Origin: Luminiphilus sp.
Lineage (GTDB): Bacteria > Pseudomonadota > Gammaproteobacteria > Pseudomonadales > Halieaceae
DNA length: 45,431 bases
Reading direction: 5' to 3'
Assembly (NCBI GenBank): GCA_024638905.1
Contig: JAHEJH010000002.1
Span: 1 to 45,431, forward strand
The notes beneath the pieces were generated by a model. It searched no databases, was not told the origin of the DNA, and saw only the letters and a program-made list of their open reading frames with translations. Each line of letters starts with the position of its first letter. The stretch's first letter is position 1. Of this stretch, positions 8,381-17,018 are shown piece after piece. The position numbers and the translations under genes are program-made.

Positions 8381-9760
8381 ATGGCAAACGCAGAACATAA
8401 ACAACAGGGTGATGGCGGCCGATTTGTCGGCACGACGTGGCAGGACCTGCTTGATCTGGAAACCGTCGATGTCCCCGAGTACCTGCGGATTCAGAATAAT
8501 CCTGATATGGGCGACGAGGATCTCTCGGTCGACCGATACATTAGTCAGGAGTTCTTTAACAAAGAAAAAGAAGAGATGTGGCCCCGCGTCTGGCAGATGG
8601 CCTGTCGAGAAGAGGAAATTCCCGAACCCGGTGATCACCACGTCTACTGGATCATCAACCGCAGTGTGATCGTCACCCGAACACCCTCTGGCGAGATCAA
8701 AGGCTACATTAATTCATGCCGACATCGTGGCCGATGCTTGCGTGACGAGTCAGGGTCTGTCGATAAATTCCGCTGTCCCTTCCACGGCGCCACCTGGGAT
8801 CTGGAAGGACAGTTTCAGGGCATCCCCAATCAGTGGGACTTCGAGCACATCGAAGGCCGCGACATGAGCCTGCCGCAGGTTAAAGTCGCGACATGGGGAG
8901 GCTTCGTATTTATCAATTTTGACCAGGATGCGCCGCCACTTGAGGATTACATGGAGGTCCTGCCCGATCACTTCAAGCGCTTCCCGCTGGAGGAGTACTT
9001 CACGGGCGTGCATGTGCAACGCGTGATGAACTGTAACTGGAAGGTGGGTGCCGAGGCCTTTATGGAGTCCTGGCACACCGTGGAGACCCACAAGCAGATC
9101 CTGACCTTCACTGGCGACGCCAACTCGCAGTACGACTGCTGGGGTGACAACGTCAGTCGATCAGTGACCCCGATGGGCGTAGCTAGCCCGCACCTGAGCG
9201 ATGTTACAGAAGAAACCATCACCCGGGACATTCTGAAGCTCTCCGGGCGCATGGCAACGGACAGCGACGAAGGTGTCGAGATGAAAGATGGTCAAACTGC
9301 GCGGGAATATGTGGCGCAGATGAACCAAGAGATGTTTGAAGAAGCGGCCGGGGAGCAGTTCGATGATCCCACTATGGCCGAACTCCAAGACGCGATCCTA
9401 TACAGCCTATTCCCGAACCTCCAAGTGTGGATCGGCTACGGTGGCAACATCGTGTATCGCTTCTTACCTAATGGAAACGATCCTGACAGCTGCATCTTCG
9501 ACGTGCGCATTCTGTTGCGTTACCCGAAAGGCAGCGAGCGCCCAGCCACTGTGCCCTGCACGGTGATCCCAGCAGATCAGCCCTTTGCATCCCACGAAGC
9601 GCTGGGGTCACTCGGCGGCGTCTTTGATCAGGATGACGCCAACCTGCCAGCGGTGCAGAGAGGCATGAAAAACTCAGCGACCGGCAAGGTCATTCTGGCA
9701 AGCTATCAAGAGAGCCGGATCCGGCATTTGCACCAGACCATCGACAAATACCTGAGTTGA
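8381..9760 (+). CDS. Rieske non-heme iron oxygenase, alpha subunit
   Basis: CRHRG...CPFHG Rieske motif; NWK...ESWH....H; QDD; C-terminal YQESRIRHLH. Confidence 0.92.
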   Translation: MANAEHKQQGDGGRFVGTTWQDLLDLETVDVPEYLRIQNNPDMGDEDLSVDRYISQEFFNKEKEEMWPRVWQMACREEEIPEPGDHHVYWIINRSVIVTRTPSGEIKGYINSCRHRGRCLRDESGSVDKFRCPFHGATWDLEGQFQGIPNQWDFEHIEGRDMSLPQVKVATWGGFVFINFDQDAPPLEDYMEVLPDHFKRFPLEEYFTGVHVQRVMNCNWKVGAEAFMESWHTVETHKQILTFTGDANSQYDCWGDNVSRSVTPMGVASPHLSDVTEETITRDILKLSGRMATDSDEGVEMKDGQTAREYVAQMNQEMFEEAAGEQFDDPTMAELQDAILYSLFPNLQVWIGYGGNIVYRFLPNGNDPDSCIFDVRILLRYPKGSERPATVPCTVIPADQPFASHEALGSLGGVFDQDDANLPAVQRGMKNSATGKVILASYQESRIRHLHQTIDKYLS

Positions 9761-9787
9761 ACCGACACGGTCTACTCGTTACAAAAT

Positions 9788-9814
9788 AAAAAGCCCCGCA
9801 CTGCGGGGCTTTTT
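9788..9814. terminator. Bidirectional intrinsic terminator
   Basis: AAAAAGCCCCGCA-C-TGCGGGGCTTTTT between convergent genes. Confidence 0.88.
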
Positions 9815-9832
9815 GCATTCACCTTATTTTAC

Positions 9833-10234
9833 TCAAGCAGCGCTGTAATGTGCCCAGGCGTCCACGAGGGGTTTGGGATCAAAGTAGTAGGGGCGAATTT
9901 CGCACACTTTGCCGTCGCGGAATCGAAACAGCTCCGCTAACTGCGCGGGCGCAAGACTGGAGTCTTCGAAACGGAAAGACACCATGTTGACCACGTAATC
10001 GCCACCCACCGTCATCACCTCTGGCTCAAGGTCTGCGACCTTCAACGTGCCAAAAACATGGGAATACAAATCGCGCAGCGCCCTCTTGCCGCGGTACTCA
10101 CCGGCCATCGGCAGGCCTTCGGCCTCAATGATGAAAAAATCGTCGGTCAGCATGGTCTCGGCGGTATCGAAATCACCCGCGCCGGTTGTGGCATAAAGTT
10201 GCTGCACAAAGGCTATCTTCTCGTCATCGGTCAT
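9833..10234 (-). CDS. NTF2/SnoaL-like protein (ketosteroid isomerase-like fold)
   Basis: 133 aa with LP.AG.Y.G and ELFRFRDGKV.EIRPYYFD patterns. Confidence 0.8.
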   Translation of the reverse strand: MTDDEKIAFVQQLYATTGAGDFDTAETMLTDDFFIIEAEGLPMAGEYRGKRALRDLYSHVFGTLKVADLEPEVMTVGGDYVVNMVSFRFEDSSLAPAQLAELFRFRDGKVCEIRPYYFDPKPLVDAWAHYSAA

Positions 10235-10329
10235 CGTCTTACCCCCTCTCTCTGTTTATGGTTGCCTTAAAGCGGGCAGCTCAAGGCGACTCTCAAAAAT
10301 GAGTCGACTGCTCGGCCATCAGAAATCGC

Positions 10330-11559
10330 TTAAGCCTGAGCATCCGCATACTGTTGAATAATGCGCTTGCCGAGAGCCATTTGGTGCACCTCATCAGGAC
10401 CATCGGCCTGGCGACACCAGCGCGCGTAGTTGAACTGCTCGGCCATACACCAATCTTCGGTCAGCCCCCCCGCCCCATGCATTTGCATGCAGCGGTCGAT
10501 AATCGCTTGAATCATGAGCGGCACGCTGATTTTGGTGGCCGAGATCAACTCGATCGAGGGCTTCACGCCGTGATGATCAATGTGCCAACAGGTCTTATGA
10601 ACCAATAATCGCGCCATCTCGAGCTCAGCATAGCTCTTCGCTATATTCTCGCGAATCGATTGATGCTGGCTCAGTTTCTTACCGAAGGTTTCCCGGTCTT
10701 CCACGCGCTGGCAAGCGAGCTCAAGACAACGTTGCCCGGCGCCGATGAGCCGCATGCAATGATGCATGCGACCTGGCGCCAGGCGGCTCTGTGCGATCTC
10801 AAATCCTCTGCCCTCGCCGAGCAGGAGATTCTCTGCAGGCACGCGGACATCGGTGAACGTCACCTCGGCATGCCCAATCGGCGCATCGTCATAACCTAGC
10901 GTCGTCAACGGTCGCAGCACCTCAACGCCCGGTGTATTTTTGGGCACGAGGATCTGGGTTTGCTGCAAATGCCGGTTCGGGTTCTCGGCATCGCTCTTGC
11001 CCATCACGATAAAAATCGTGCAGCGCTCATAGGGTGCACCGGTGATGAACCACTTATGGCCATTCAGTACCCACTCGTCGCCATCACGACGGATATCGAG
11101 CTGGATATTGGTCGCATCGCTTGAGGCAACCTGCGGTTCAGTCATGGCGTAGGAGGAACGAATCTCACCTGCCAGTAGCGGCTGCAACCAGGCAGCTTTT
11201 TGCGCTTCGGTGCCGAACTTCATCAGCACCTCCATATTGCCGGTGTCCGGCGCATTGCAATTGAAAACCTCTGGACACCAGATCACACGGCCCATTTCTT
11301 CGGCCAGCGGCGCGTAGTCAAGGAAGCTCATGCCGCCGTGATCGCTGTATTCCTCGTACTCAGTCGGTACAAACAGATTCCAGAGCCCCGCGCTGCGGGC
11401 CTTGTCCTTCAGCGACTCCACTAAAGGCATCGACGCAAAGCGGTTGTCCGCGCCCGCGAGCGCCTCCTGATGAGCCACCTCATTCGGATAGATGTGCTCT
11501 GCCATAAAGGCCTGTAACTCGCCCAGTATGCGTGCGCTCTTATCACTTGGACCCATCAT
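10330..11559 (-). CDS. Acyl-CoA dehydrogenase, ACAD10/11-FadE2-like subfamily
   Basis: FNCNAPDTGNME, MTEPQVASSDATNI, RL.PGR.HHCMR and ADGPDEVH motifs. Confidence 0.9.
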   Translation of the reverse strand: MMGPSDKSARILGELQAFMAEHIYPNEVAHQEALAGADNRFASMPLVESLKDKARSAGLWNLFVPTEYEEYSDHGGMSFLDYAPLAEEMGRVIWCPEVFNCNAPDTGNMEVLMKFGTEAQKAAWLQPLLAGEIRSSYAMTEPQVASSDATNIQLDIRRDGDEWVLNGHKWFITGAPYERCTIFIVMGKSDAENPNRHLQQTQILVPKNTPGVEVLRPLTTLGYDDAPIGHAEVTFTDVRVPAENLLLGEGRGFEIAQSRLAPGRMHHCMRLIGAGQRCLELACQRVEDRETFGKKLSQHQSIRENIAKSYAELEMARLLVHKTCWHIDHHGVKPSIELISATKISVPLMIQAIIDRCMQMHGAGGLTEDWCMAEQFNYARWCRQADGPDEVHQMALGKRIIQQYADAQA

Positions 11560-11628
11560 GAAATTCCCCTGGCACTTTAGTTACCCGCGTTTCGTCTCAG
11601 CACTCCCGAACAGCGTGTTCAGGTGCAG

Positions 11629-11648
11629 ATAAACAAGCGGGTTGGTTT
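11629..11648. promoter_or_regulatory. Putative TetR operator copy 4 (ATAAA-CAAGC-GG-GTTGG-TTT)
   Basis: Same motif in the fourth divergent gap; -10-like TACTAT/TATAGT at 11666-11676. Confidence 0.6.
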
Positions 11649-11809
11649 GTTTTAAACAGCGGCCATACTATATAGTCATCGGCCGCCAACAGAAACCACC
11701 GCGACGGGGATCGATGTCGCAGTGATGACGGTGATGGGTGCGGAGCGTACGAATGTGCGCACCCTCCCCTGATAACAATACCAACGGCGAGCATTAGGCT
11801 GGGGCATAA

Positions 11810-13411
11810 GTGAACCTCATCACTGACACATCGTTCAGGCACACCACGCTGGCAAAGCTGGCGCAAGAACGCGCATCCTCGCGCCCTGATGATACGGCGC
11901 TGCTGTTCGACTCGGGCGTTCGATTGTCCTATGCAGAAGCGTGGCACCAGGCGAACCAACTCGCCAGAGGCATTCAGCAGCTGGGCGTCAAACCGGGCGC
12001 CACGCTCACCTTTCAGCTCCCCAACATTCCCGAATCCGTCCCGTTGGCGATCGCCGCATCCATTTGCGGGCTAGTCATCAATCCGGTGGTGCCGATTTAT
12101 CGCGGCAAAGAACTGGGGTTCATTCTGGGCGACGCCAAAACCGAAATCCTGTTCATACCGCACCGCATTCGCGGCTTTGACTATGTCGACATGATTCGTG
12201 GGTTGCGCTCCGGCCTGTCTCACCTGCGGCATGTGGTCTGCTGTGGTGTCGAAGGTGACTTGCCTGAGGACGTGCTGCGTTTTGAGGACGTAATGGAGAG
12301 TGGTGGTAGCGGATTGGCCGATATCGCGTCAGTGGACCCCGACGATACCAAGGTCGTGCTCTATACCTCGGGCACCACCGGCAATCCCAAAGCCGTGCGT
12401 CACAGTCACAACACCCTCGCCAAAGCGCTGGACAATGGCGTGATTGCGTGGGGTTTGGATGACCGGGATATGATGCTCATGCCGTCCCCGGTGACCCACG
12501 TCACCGGCTACGTCAACGGTATCGAGCTACCCTTTTTCACCGATACAAAAGTGCTGCTCATGGAAAGCTGGGTGGTGAGCCGCGCCGTGGAGCTCATCGA
12601 GACACACCACGCTACAACCTGCGTGAGTGCCACCCCCTTTCTGCGCGAGCTGGTGGACGCTTGCCGGGAACAGGGCAAGGACCTGCCGAGCTTCCGGCTG
12701 TTCGCCTGCGGCGGCGCTGCGGTTCCCTCTGCGCTGATCTACGAAGCCAGTGAGGTGCTTGCCAACTGTCGCGCGGTGCGCGTTTACGGCTCTACCGAGG
12801 TGCCCTTGGTCACGGTTGGGTTCGTGGCAGACAATGAAACCCAGTTAGCCGCTGAAACCGATGGCCGGGTCTACAACTACGAAGTCAAAATCTGCGATGA
12901 CGATGGCCAAGACGTGGGCCGGAACGCCGATGGGGAGATCTGGGTGCGAGGGCCTGCGATGATGCAGGGATATCGGGATGCGGAGCAGAATGCCGCCGCG
13001 TTTTCCGAAGACGGCTTCTTTCAGACCGGCGACATTGGACAACTCCTAGACTCTGATGCCATCGTCATCACTGACCGCAAAAAAGACATTATCATTCGCG
13101 GTGGCGAGAACTTGTCGGCCAGAGAAATCGAGGAGATCGTGCTGCTTCACCCTGCAGTGGCTGAAGCGGCAGCGGTCTCGGCACCACATGAGCGATTGGG
13201 CGAAGGCGTGGCCGTCTTTGTCACGCTATACGGCGACGAGGCACCCACCCTGGCCACGTTGACGGCGCTATGTGCTGAGCATCAACTGGCCAAACAGAAA
13301 TGGCCACAGTGGCTATCTGTGGTGGCGGAAATGCCGAAAACGCCTTCGGGTAAAATCCAGAAGGCGGCGTTGAGAGCGCAATTAAAGGAACAGGGTGTTC
13401 AGCTTAGCTGA
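11810..13411 (+). CDS. Acyl-CoA synthetase (AMP-forming), cyclohexanecarboxylate-CoA ligase-like
   Basis: YTSGTTGNPK, YGSTE, FQTGD, DRKKDIIIRGGEN and PKTPSGKIQK motifs; FQLPN and ATPFL segments typical of the CHC-CoA ligase group. Confidence 0.88.
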   Translation: MNLITDTSFRHTTLAKLAQERASSRPDDTALLFDSGVRLSYAEAWHQANQLARGIQQLGVKPGATLTFQLPNIPESVPLAIAASICGLVINPVVPIYRGKELGFILGDAKTEILFIPHRIRGFDYVDMIRGLRSGLSHLRHVVCCGVEGDLPEDVLRFEDVMESGGSGLADIASVDPDDTKVVLYTSGTTGNPKAVRHSHNTLAKALDNGVIAWGLDDRDMMLMPSPVTHVTGYVNGIELPFFTDTKVLLMESWVVSRAVELIETHHATTCVSATPFLRELVDACREQGKDLPSFRLFACGGAAVPSALIYEASEVLANCRAVRVYGSTEVPLVTVGFVADNETQLAAETDGRVYNYEVKICDDDGQDVGRNADGEIWVRGPAMMQGYRDAEQNAAAFSEDGFFQTGDIGQLLDSDAIVITDRKKDIIIRGGENLSAREIEEIVLLHPAVAEAAAVSAPHERLGEGVAVFVTLYGDEAPTLATLTALCAEHQLAKQKWPQWLSVVAEMPKTPSGKIQKAALRAQLKEQGVQLS

Positions 13412-13436
13412 GCACCGGACCAAGAGGACACGCACC

Positions 13437-14636
13437 GTGAATGCATCCAACCCCATACCCACTGACTACGACACTTTCAGAGCGTCCATCCGGGAGTTTC
13501 TGAAAGAGGCACTGACTCCTGAGCTCATCCGAGCGGGCGAACGCACGACCAGCGTGTTTTCTGACTTTGAGGCTGGCCGCCAATGGCAGAGCACCCTGCA
13601 CGCTAAAGGCTGGGGTGCGCCGGAGTGGCCAATAGAGCATGGTGGCACGGGCTGGGACATTCAGCAGCGCTATATTTTTCTGGAAGAGTGCAAGCTGGCC
13701 AATGCGCCAAATCCAGTGATGATGGGCATACAGATGCTCGGGCCCATGCTGATGCACTTTGGTACCGAGGCGCAGAAAACCCAGTTTCTCCCCGGCATCA
13801 TCTCGGGTGATGACGTGTGGTGTCAGGGCTACTCCGAGCCTGGCTCCGGATCGGATCTTGCCTCGCTGAAAACCACGGCGAACCGTGATGGTGAAGAATA
13901 CGTGGTGAACGGCACCAAGATCTGGACCAGCATGGCGCATCACTCCAACTGGATCTTCTGTCTGGTGCGCACCGACAAGAACGTGAAACCACAAGCGGGG
14001 ATCAGCTTTCTCTTGATCGATATGGCCACCCCGGGTATCACGGTGGCCCCTTTCCCCAGCCTGGACGGCGAGGTCGAGCAGTGCCAGGTGTTTTTCGAGA
14101 ACGTGCGTGTGCCCGTGGCAAACCTGCTGGGCGAGGAAAATCAGGGCTGGACGGTGGCCAAGTACCTGCTGGAGTTTGAGCGCGGCGGGCAGCATTTCAC
14201 CATTGAGCTAAAAAAACAGCTTGGCAAACTTCAACGCGCCATGGCGAACCCCAACAGTCGCGCCATCGATGACCCGACCTACGCCTACCGCGTGGCCGAG
14301 ACTGAGATTGATGTGATGGCGCTGGAGCAGACCGAGCTGCGTATCAAAGGGAGCCTTTCAGCGGGCGATAATCCGGGCGCCCTATCGTCTCTGGTGAAGG
14401 TCTCCGGCACGGAGCTGGGCCAGCGCTGCGCCGAGCTGTTGATCGAAGCGGCCGGCCAGAGTGCCATGCCATGGCAAAGCGATGTGCTCGCGCCCGACTA
14501 CACCGGCGACACCGCCGCACCTGCCGAATGCGTGACCACCATGGCCGAATACATCAACAGTCGCGCCACGACGATTTATGGCGGCACCGCTGAAATTCAG
14601 CGCGGCATCATTGCCAAGCATGTACTGGGGCTCTGA
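13437..14636 (+). CDS. Acyl-CoA dehydrogenase, large subunit of a heteromeric pair (PimC-like)
   Basis: WCQGYSEPGSGSDLASL, GWTVAKYLLEFER and IYGGTAEIQ motifs. Probable GTG at 13437. Confidence 0.88.
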   Translation: MNASNPIPTDYDTFRASIREFLKEALTPELIRAGERTTSVFSDFEAGRQWQSTLHAKGWGAPEWPIEHGGTGWDIQQRYIFLEECKLANAPNPVMMGIQMLGPMLMHFGTEAQKTQFLPGIISGDDVWCQGYSEPGSGSDLASLKTTANRDGEEYVVNGTKIWTSMAHHSNWIFCLVRTDKNVKPQAGISFLLIDMATPGITVAPFPSLDGEVEQCQVFFENVRVPVANLLGEENQGWTVAKYLLEFERGGQHFTIELKKQLGKLQRAMANPNSRAIDDPTYAYRVAETEIDVMALEQTELRIKGSLSAGDNPGALSSLVKVSGTELGQRCAELLIEAAGQSAMPWQSDVLAPDYTGDTAAPAECVTTMAEYINSRATTIYGGTAEIQRGIIAKHVLGL

Positions 14637-14639
14637 TTC

Positions 14640-15743
14640 ATGTCGGCGCATATGACTGAAGACCAGACCCTGCTGCAGGACGCGGCTGAGCGCTACCTGC
14701 GCGACAGCTACGACTTCAACCAGCGAAGGGAACGCATTGCCGGAGGGGCGTATAGCGACCCAGGCCAGTGGCAGGCCTTTGCGGAAATGGGTTGGCTGGC
14801 GCTGCCTGTCCCGGAGGAATTTGGGGGACTGGGAATGGGCACCCGGGAAATGGCCATACTGGCCGAACTGTGTGGTCAGTTCCTGGTGACGGAACCCCTG
14901 ATCGACGCATTGGCAGCGACTCACGCCATTATTGGCGTCAGTCAACAGCAAGAAAGCGCTTTACCACGGGTAACCGAGGGAGAACTGATACCGGTTGCGG
15001 CAATTGACGAGGCTGATGTAGCGTCACGACTCTCGCCTAGCACCACACTGACCCAAACCAACGCGGGCTGGCACCTGTCGGGCACAAAACATTGGATTAG
15101 CGCTGGCGCCTCCGCCACTCATCTGGCGGTGCTTGCGCAGGGTGCCGAGGGCCTTGCCTGGGTGCTGGTGCCCGCGGCAGCCGATGGCGTTGAGTGTGAC
15201 ACCTTCCCGACTCACGATGGACGGGGTGGCATGAACTGCCGATTCGATCTCGTGCTCGAGGCTGACCACATCCTGCTGCAAGGGCAACCCGCCTCCGACG
15301 CTTTGGAGGCCTACCGGGCACTCGCGATGACACTGAGTAGCGCCGAGACGCTGGGCGCGACGCAGGCTGCACTCGACACCACCGTGGACTACACCAAGCA
15401 ACGCGTGCAGTTTGGACAACCTCTGGCCTCATTTCAGGCACTACAGCACCGCATGTCCAACATGCTGATCCAGACCGAACTCACGCGGTCACTGATTTAT
15501 GCCGCATGCAATGCTTCTGATAGCGGTCATGACAACGCTGCTCGCTTCGCCCGGGCCGCAAAAGTCAAAGCAACCACGGTCGGCAGAAAAGTATCCCAAG
15601 AAGCCATTCAGCTGCACGGTGGCATCGCGACAACCGATGAATATATTGTGGGACACTTTTTCAAACGCATTACTGCGCTGGAAAGCTGGGTATGCTCCAA
15701 GGGTGAAGCTCTAAAAGAATTCATGGCGCTCTCGCCGTCCTAG
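14640..15743 (+). CDS. Acyl-CoA dehydrogenase, small partner subunit (PimD-like)
   Basis: Shorter ACAD with Y.KQR.QFG.P.ASFQALQHR and QLHGG but a degenerate SEP motif; 3 bp after the previous gene. Confidence 0.85.
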   Translation: MSAHMTEDQTLLQDAAERYLRDSYDFNQRRERIAGGAYSDPGQWQAFAEMGWLALPVPEEFGGLGMGTREMAILAELCGQFLVTEPLIDALAATHAIIGVSQQQESALPRVTEGELIPVAAIDEADVASRLSPSTTLTQTNAGWHLSGTKHWISAGASATHLAVLAQGAEGLAWVLVPAAADGVECDTFPTHDGRGGMNCRFDLVLEADHILLQGQPASDALEAYRALAMTLSSAETLGATQAALDTTVDYTKQRVQFGQPLASFQALQHRMSNMLIQTELTRSLIYAACNASDSGHDNAARFARAAKVKATTVGRKVSQEAIQLHGGIATTDEYIVGHFFKRITALESWVCSKGEALKEFMALSPS

Positions 15744-15812
15744 CAAGCGCTGGACAAGACCTAAGCGCAAAGCATCAGCACCGAACCGTATGACATAAAA
15801 CCAAGGAGAAGA

Positions 15813-16577
15813 ATGATGGACCTGCAACTGAAAGATAAAGTGGCCCTGATCACTGGCTCAACCAAGGGCATTGGACGCGCCATCGCCGAGACGCTGGCGG
15901 ATGAGGGGTGTCACGTCGGTGTCTGCGCACGGAATGAGGCCGAGGTTGACGAGACGGTCGCCGCATTAACCGCCAAAGGGGTGAAGGCCTGTGGCAGCGT
16001 GGTAGACGTCACGGATGCCGCATCCATGGAATCCTGGGTCAATCAGTGTGCCGACACTCTGGGCGGCATTGATATTTTTGTACCCAATGTCTCCGCCGGC
16101 GGCGCGGACAGCTCGGAAGCCGGATGGCGGGCCAACTTTGAGGCTGACATGTTGGCAACCTGGCGTGGCGTTGAACTCACCACACCGTATCTCTCGAAGT
16201 CAGGCCAGGGCGCGATTGTCATTATCTCCACCACCGCGGCGGTGGAGGCTTTCGCGGGACCCAGCCCCTATGGCGCGATCAAGGCAGGACTGCTGAACTA
16301 CTCCAGCAACTTATCGCAAGCCCTGGCGGCGTCAGGTGTGCGAGTCAATGCTGTGAGCCCCGGCCCGGTCTTTTTTGAGGGCGGCGCCTGGGAGCAGATC
16401 AAAACTCACATGACCGATTTCTACGATGCGACGGTTGCCAATATTCCGATGGGGAGAATGGGTAACAACTATGAAATCGCCGACACCGTGGCGTTTCTGG
16501 CCAGTCCCCGTTCGGCGTTTACGACGGGCGCAAACGTGGTGGTCGACGGTGGCTTTACCAAGCGGGTGCAATTCTGA
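15813..16577 (+). CDS. Short-chain dehydrogenase/reductase (3-oxoacyl reductase-like)
   Basis: TGSTKGIG, YGAIK, VNAVSPG and VVDGG motifs. Confidence 0.9.
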   Translation: MMDLQLKDKVALITGSTKGIGRAIAETLADEGCHVGVCARNEAEVDETVAALTAKGVKACGSVVDVTDAASMESWVNQCADTLGGIDIFVPNVSAGGADSSEAGWRANFEADMLATWRGVELTTPYLSKSGQGAIVIISTTAAVEAFAGPSPYGAIKAGLLNYSSNLSQALAASGVRVNAVSPGPVFFEGGAWEQIKTHMTDFYDATVANIPMGRMGNNYEIADTVAFLASPRSAFTTGANVVVDGGFTKRVQF

Positions 16578-16602
16578 GCTCTTAGCGCTGCTGATCTCCA
16601 AC

Positions 16603-16630
16603 AAAAACCCCGGCTCCGGCCGGGGTTTTT
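16603..16630. terminator. Bidirectional intrinsic terminator; right boundary of the catabolic cluster
   Basis: AAAAACCCCGGC-TCCG-GCCGGGGTTTTT. Confidence 0.88.
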
Positions 16631-16644
16631 GTATCGGAAAAGCG

Positions 16645-16980
16645 CTAGTCGATCTCAGTAATCAGGCGGTCCAGTTCACGCAGTGTCGAGATGAGTGGCT
16701 CAGTGGGCAGTGGCCTCTTACCCACCGTCTCCTCCGCCATGGGCGCAATCGCACAACGCTCCGGCAGCGCCTCGCCCGATGCCAGCACCTCGTAAATAGT
16801 GGGTAAAAAGATAAACTGCAACCACTCCTCGAAATCGAGGGCGTCCATGGCAAAGGGCTGCTCCGAGCGCAATGCCTCCTGCGATGGCGGCGCATCAGAC
16901 CACAGGTCGAGCTGACGCAAAGCCGCCTCGAGATCAATCAGTTGCGCCGCGATGGCACTGCGTGGGCCTTCCATCTCCAC
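16645..16980 (-). CDS. yqcC: YqcC family protein (DUF446)
   Basis: PS.EAL.S.QPF..D.L.F.EWLQFIF and LP..C.IAPMAE patterns. Start is 16980 (GTG) or 16974 (ATG). Confidence 0.8.
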   Translation of the reverse strand: MEMEGPRSAIAAQLIDLEAALRQLDLWSDAPPSQEALRSEQPFAMDALDFEEWLQFIFLPTIYEVLASGEALPERCAIAPMAEETVGKRPLPTEPLISTLRELDRLITEID

Positions 16981-17018
16981 GTTGCTAGCCCTTTTCCATC
17001 CGGTGACCCACCTCCACG

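Noticed and set aside
11608-11620. Palindrome GAACA-GCG-TGTTC next to operator copy 4
   Set aside because: Single short occurrence with spacing unlike KstR-type boxes; could be chance.
11597-11959. 120-aa minus-strand ORF in the fourth divergent gap
   Set aside because: Spans promoter elements and overlaps the ligase antisense; no recognisable domain.
13404-14951. Long antisense ORFs (263 and 189 aa) opposite the ACAD genes
   Set aside because: Expected by-product of GC-rich codon usage; the same applies to other long antisense ORFs in the window.
1-16630. Catabolic cluster as a mobile genomic island
   Set aside because: No integrase, transposase, tRNA, direct repeat or visible GC shift at the right boundary; the left boundary is not in view.
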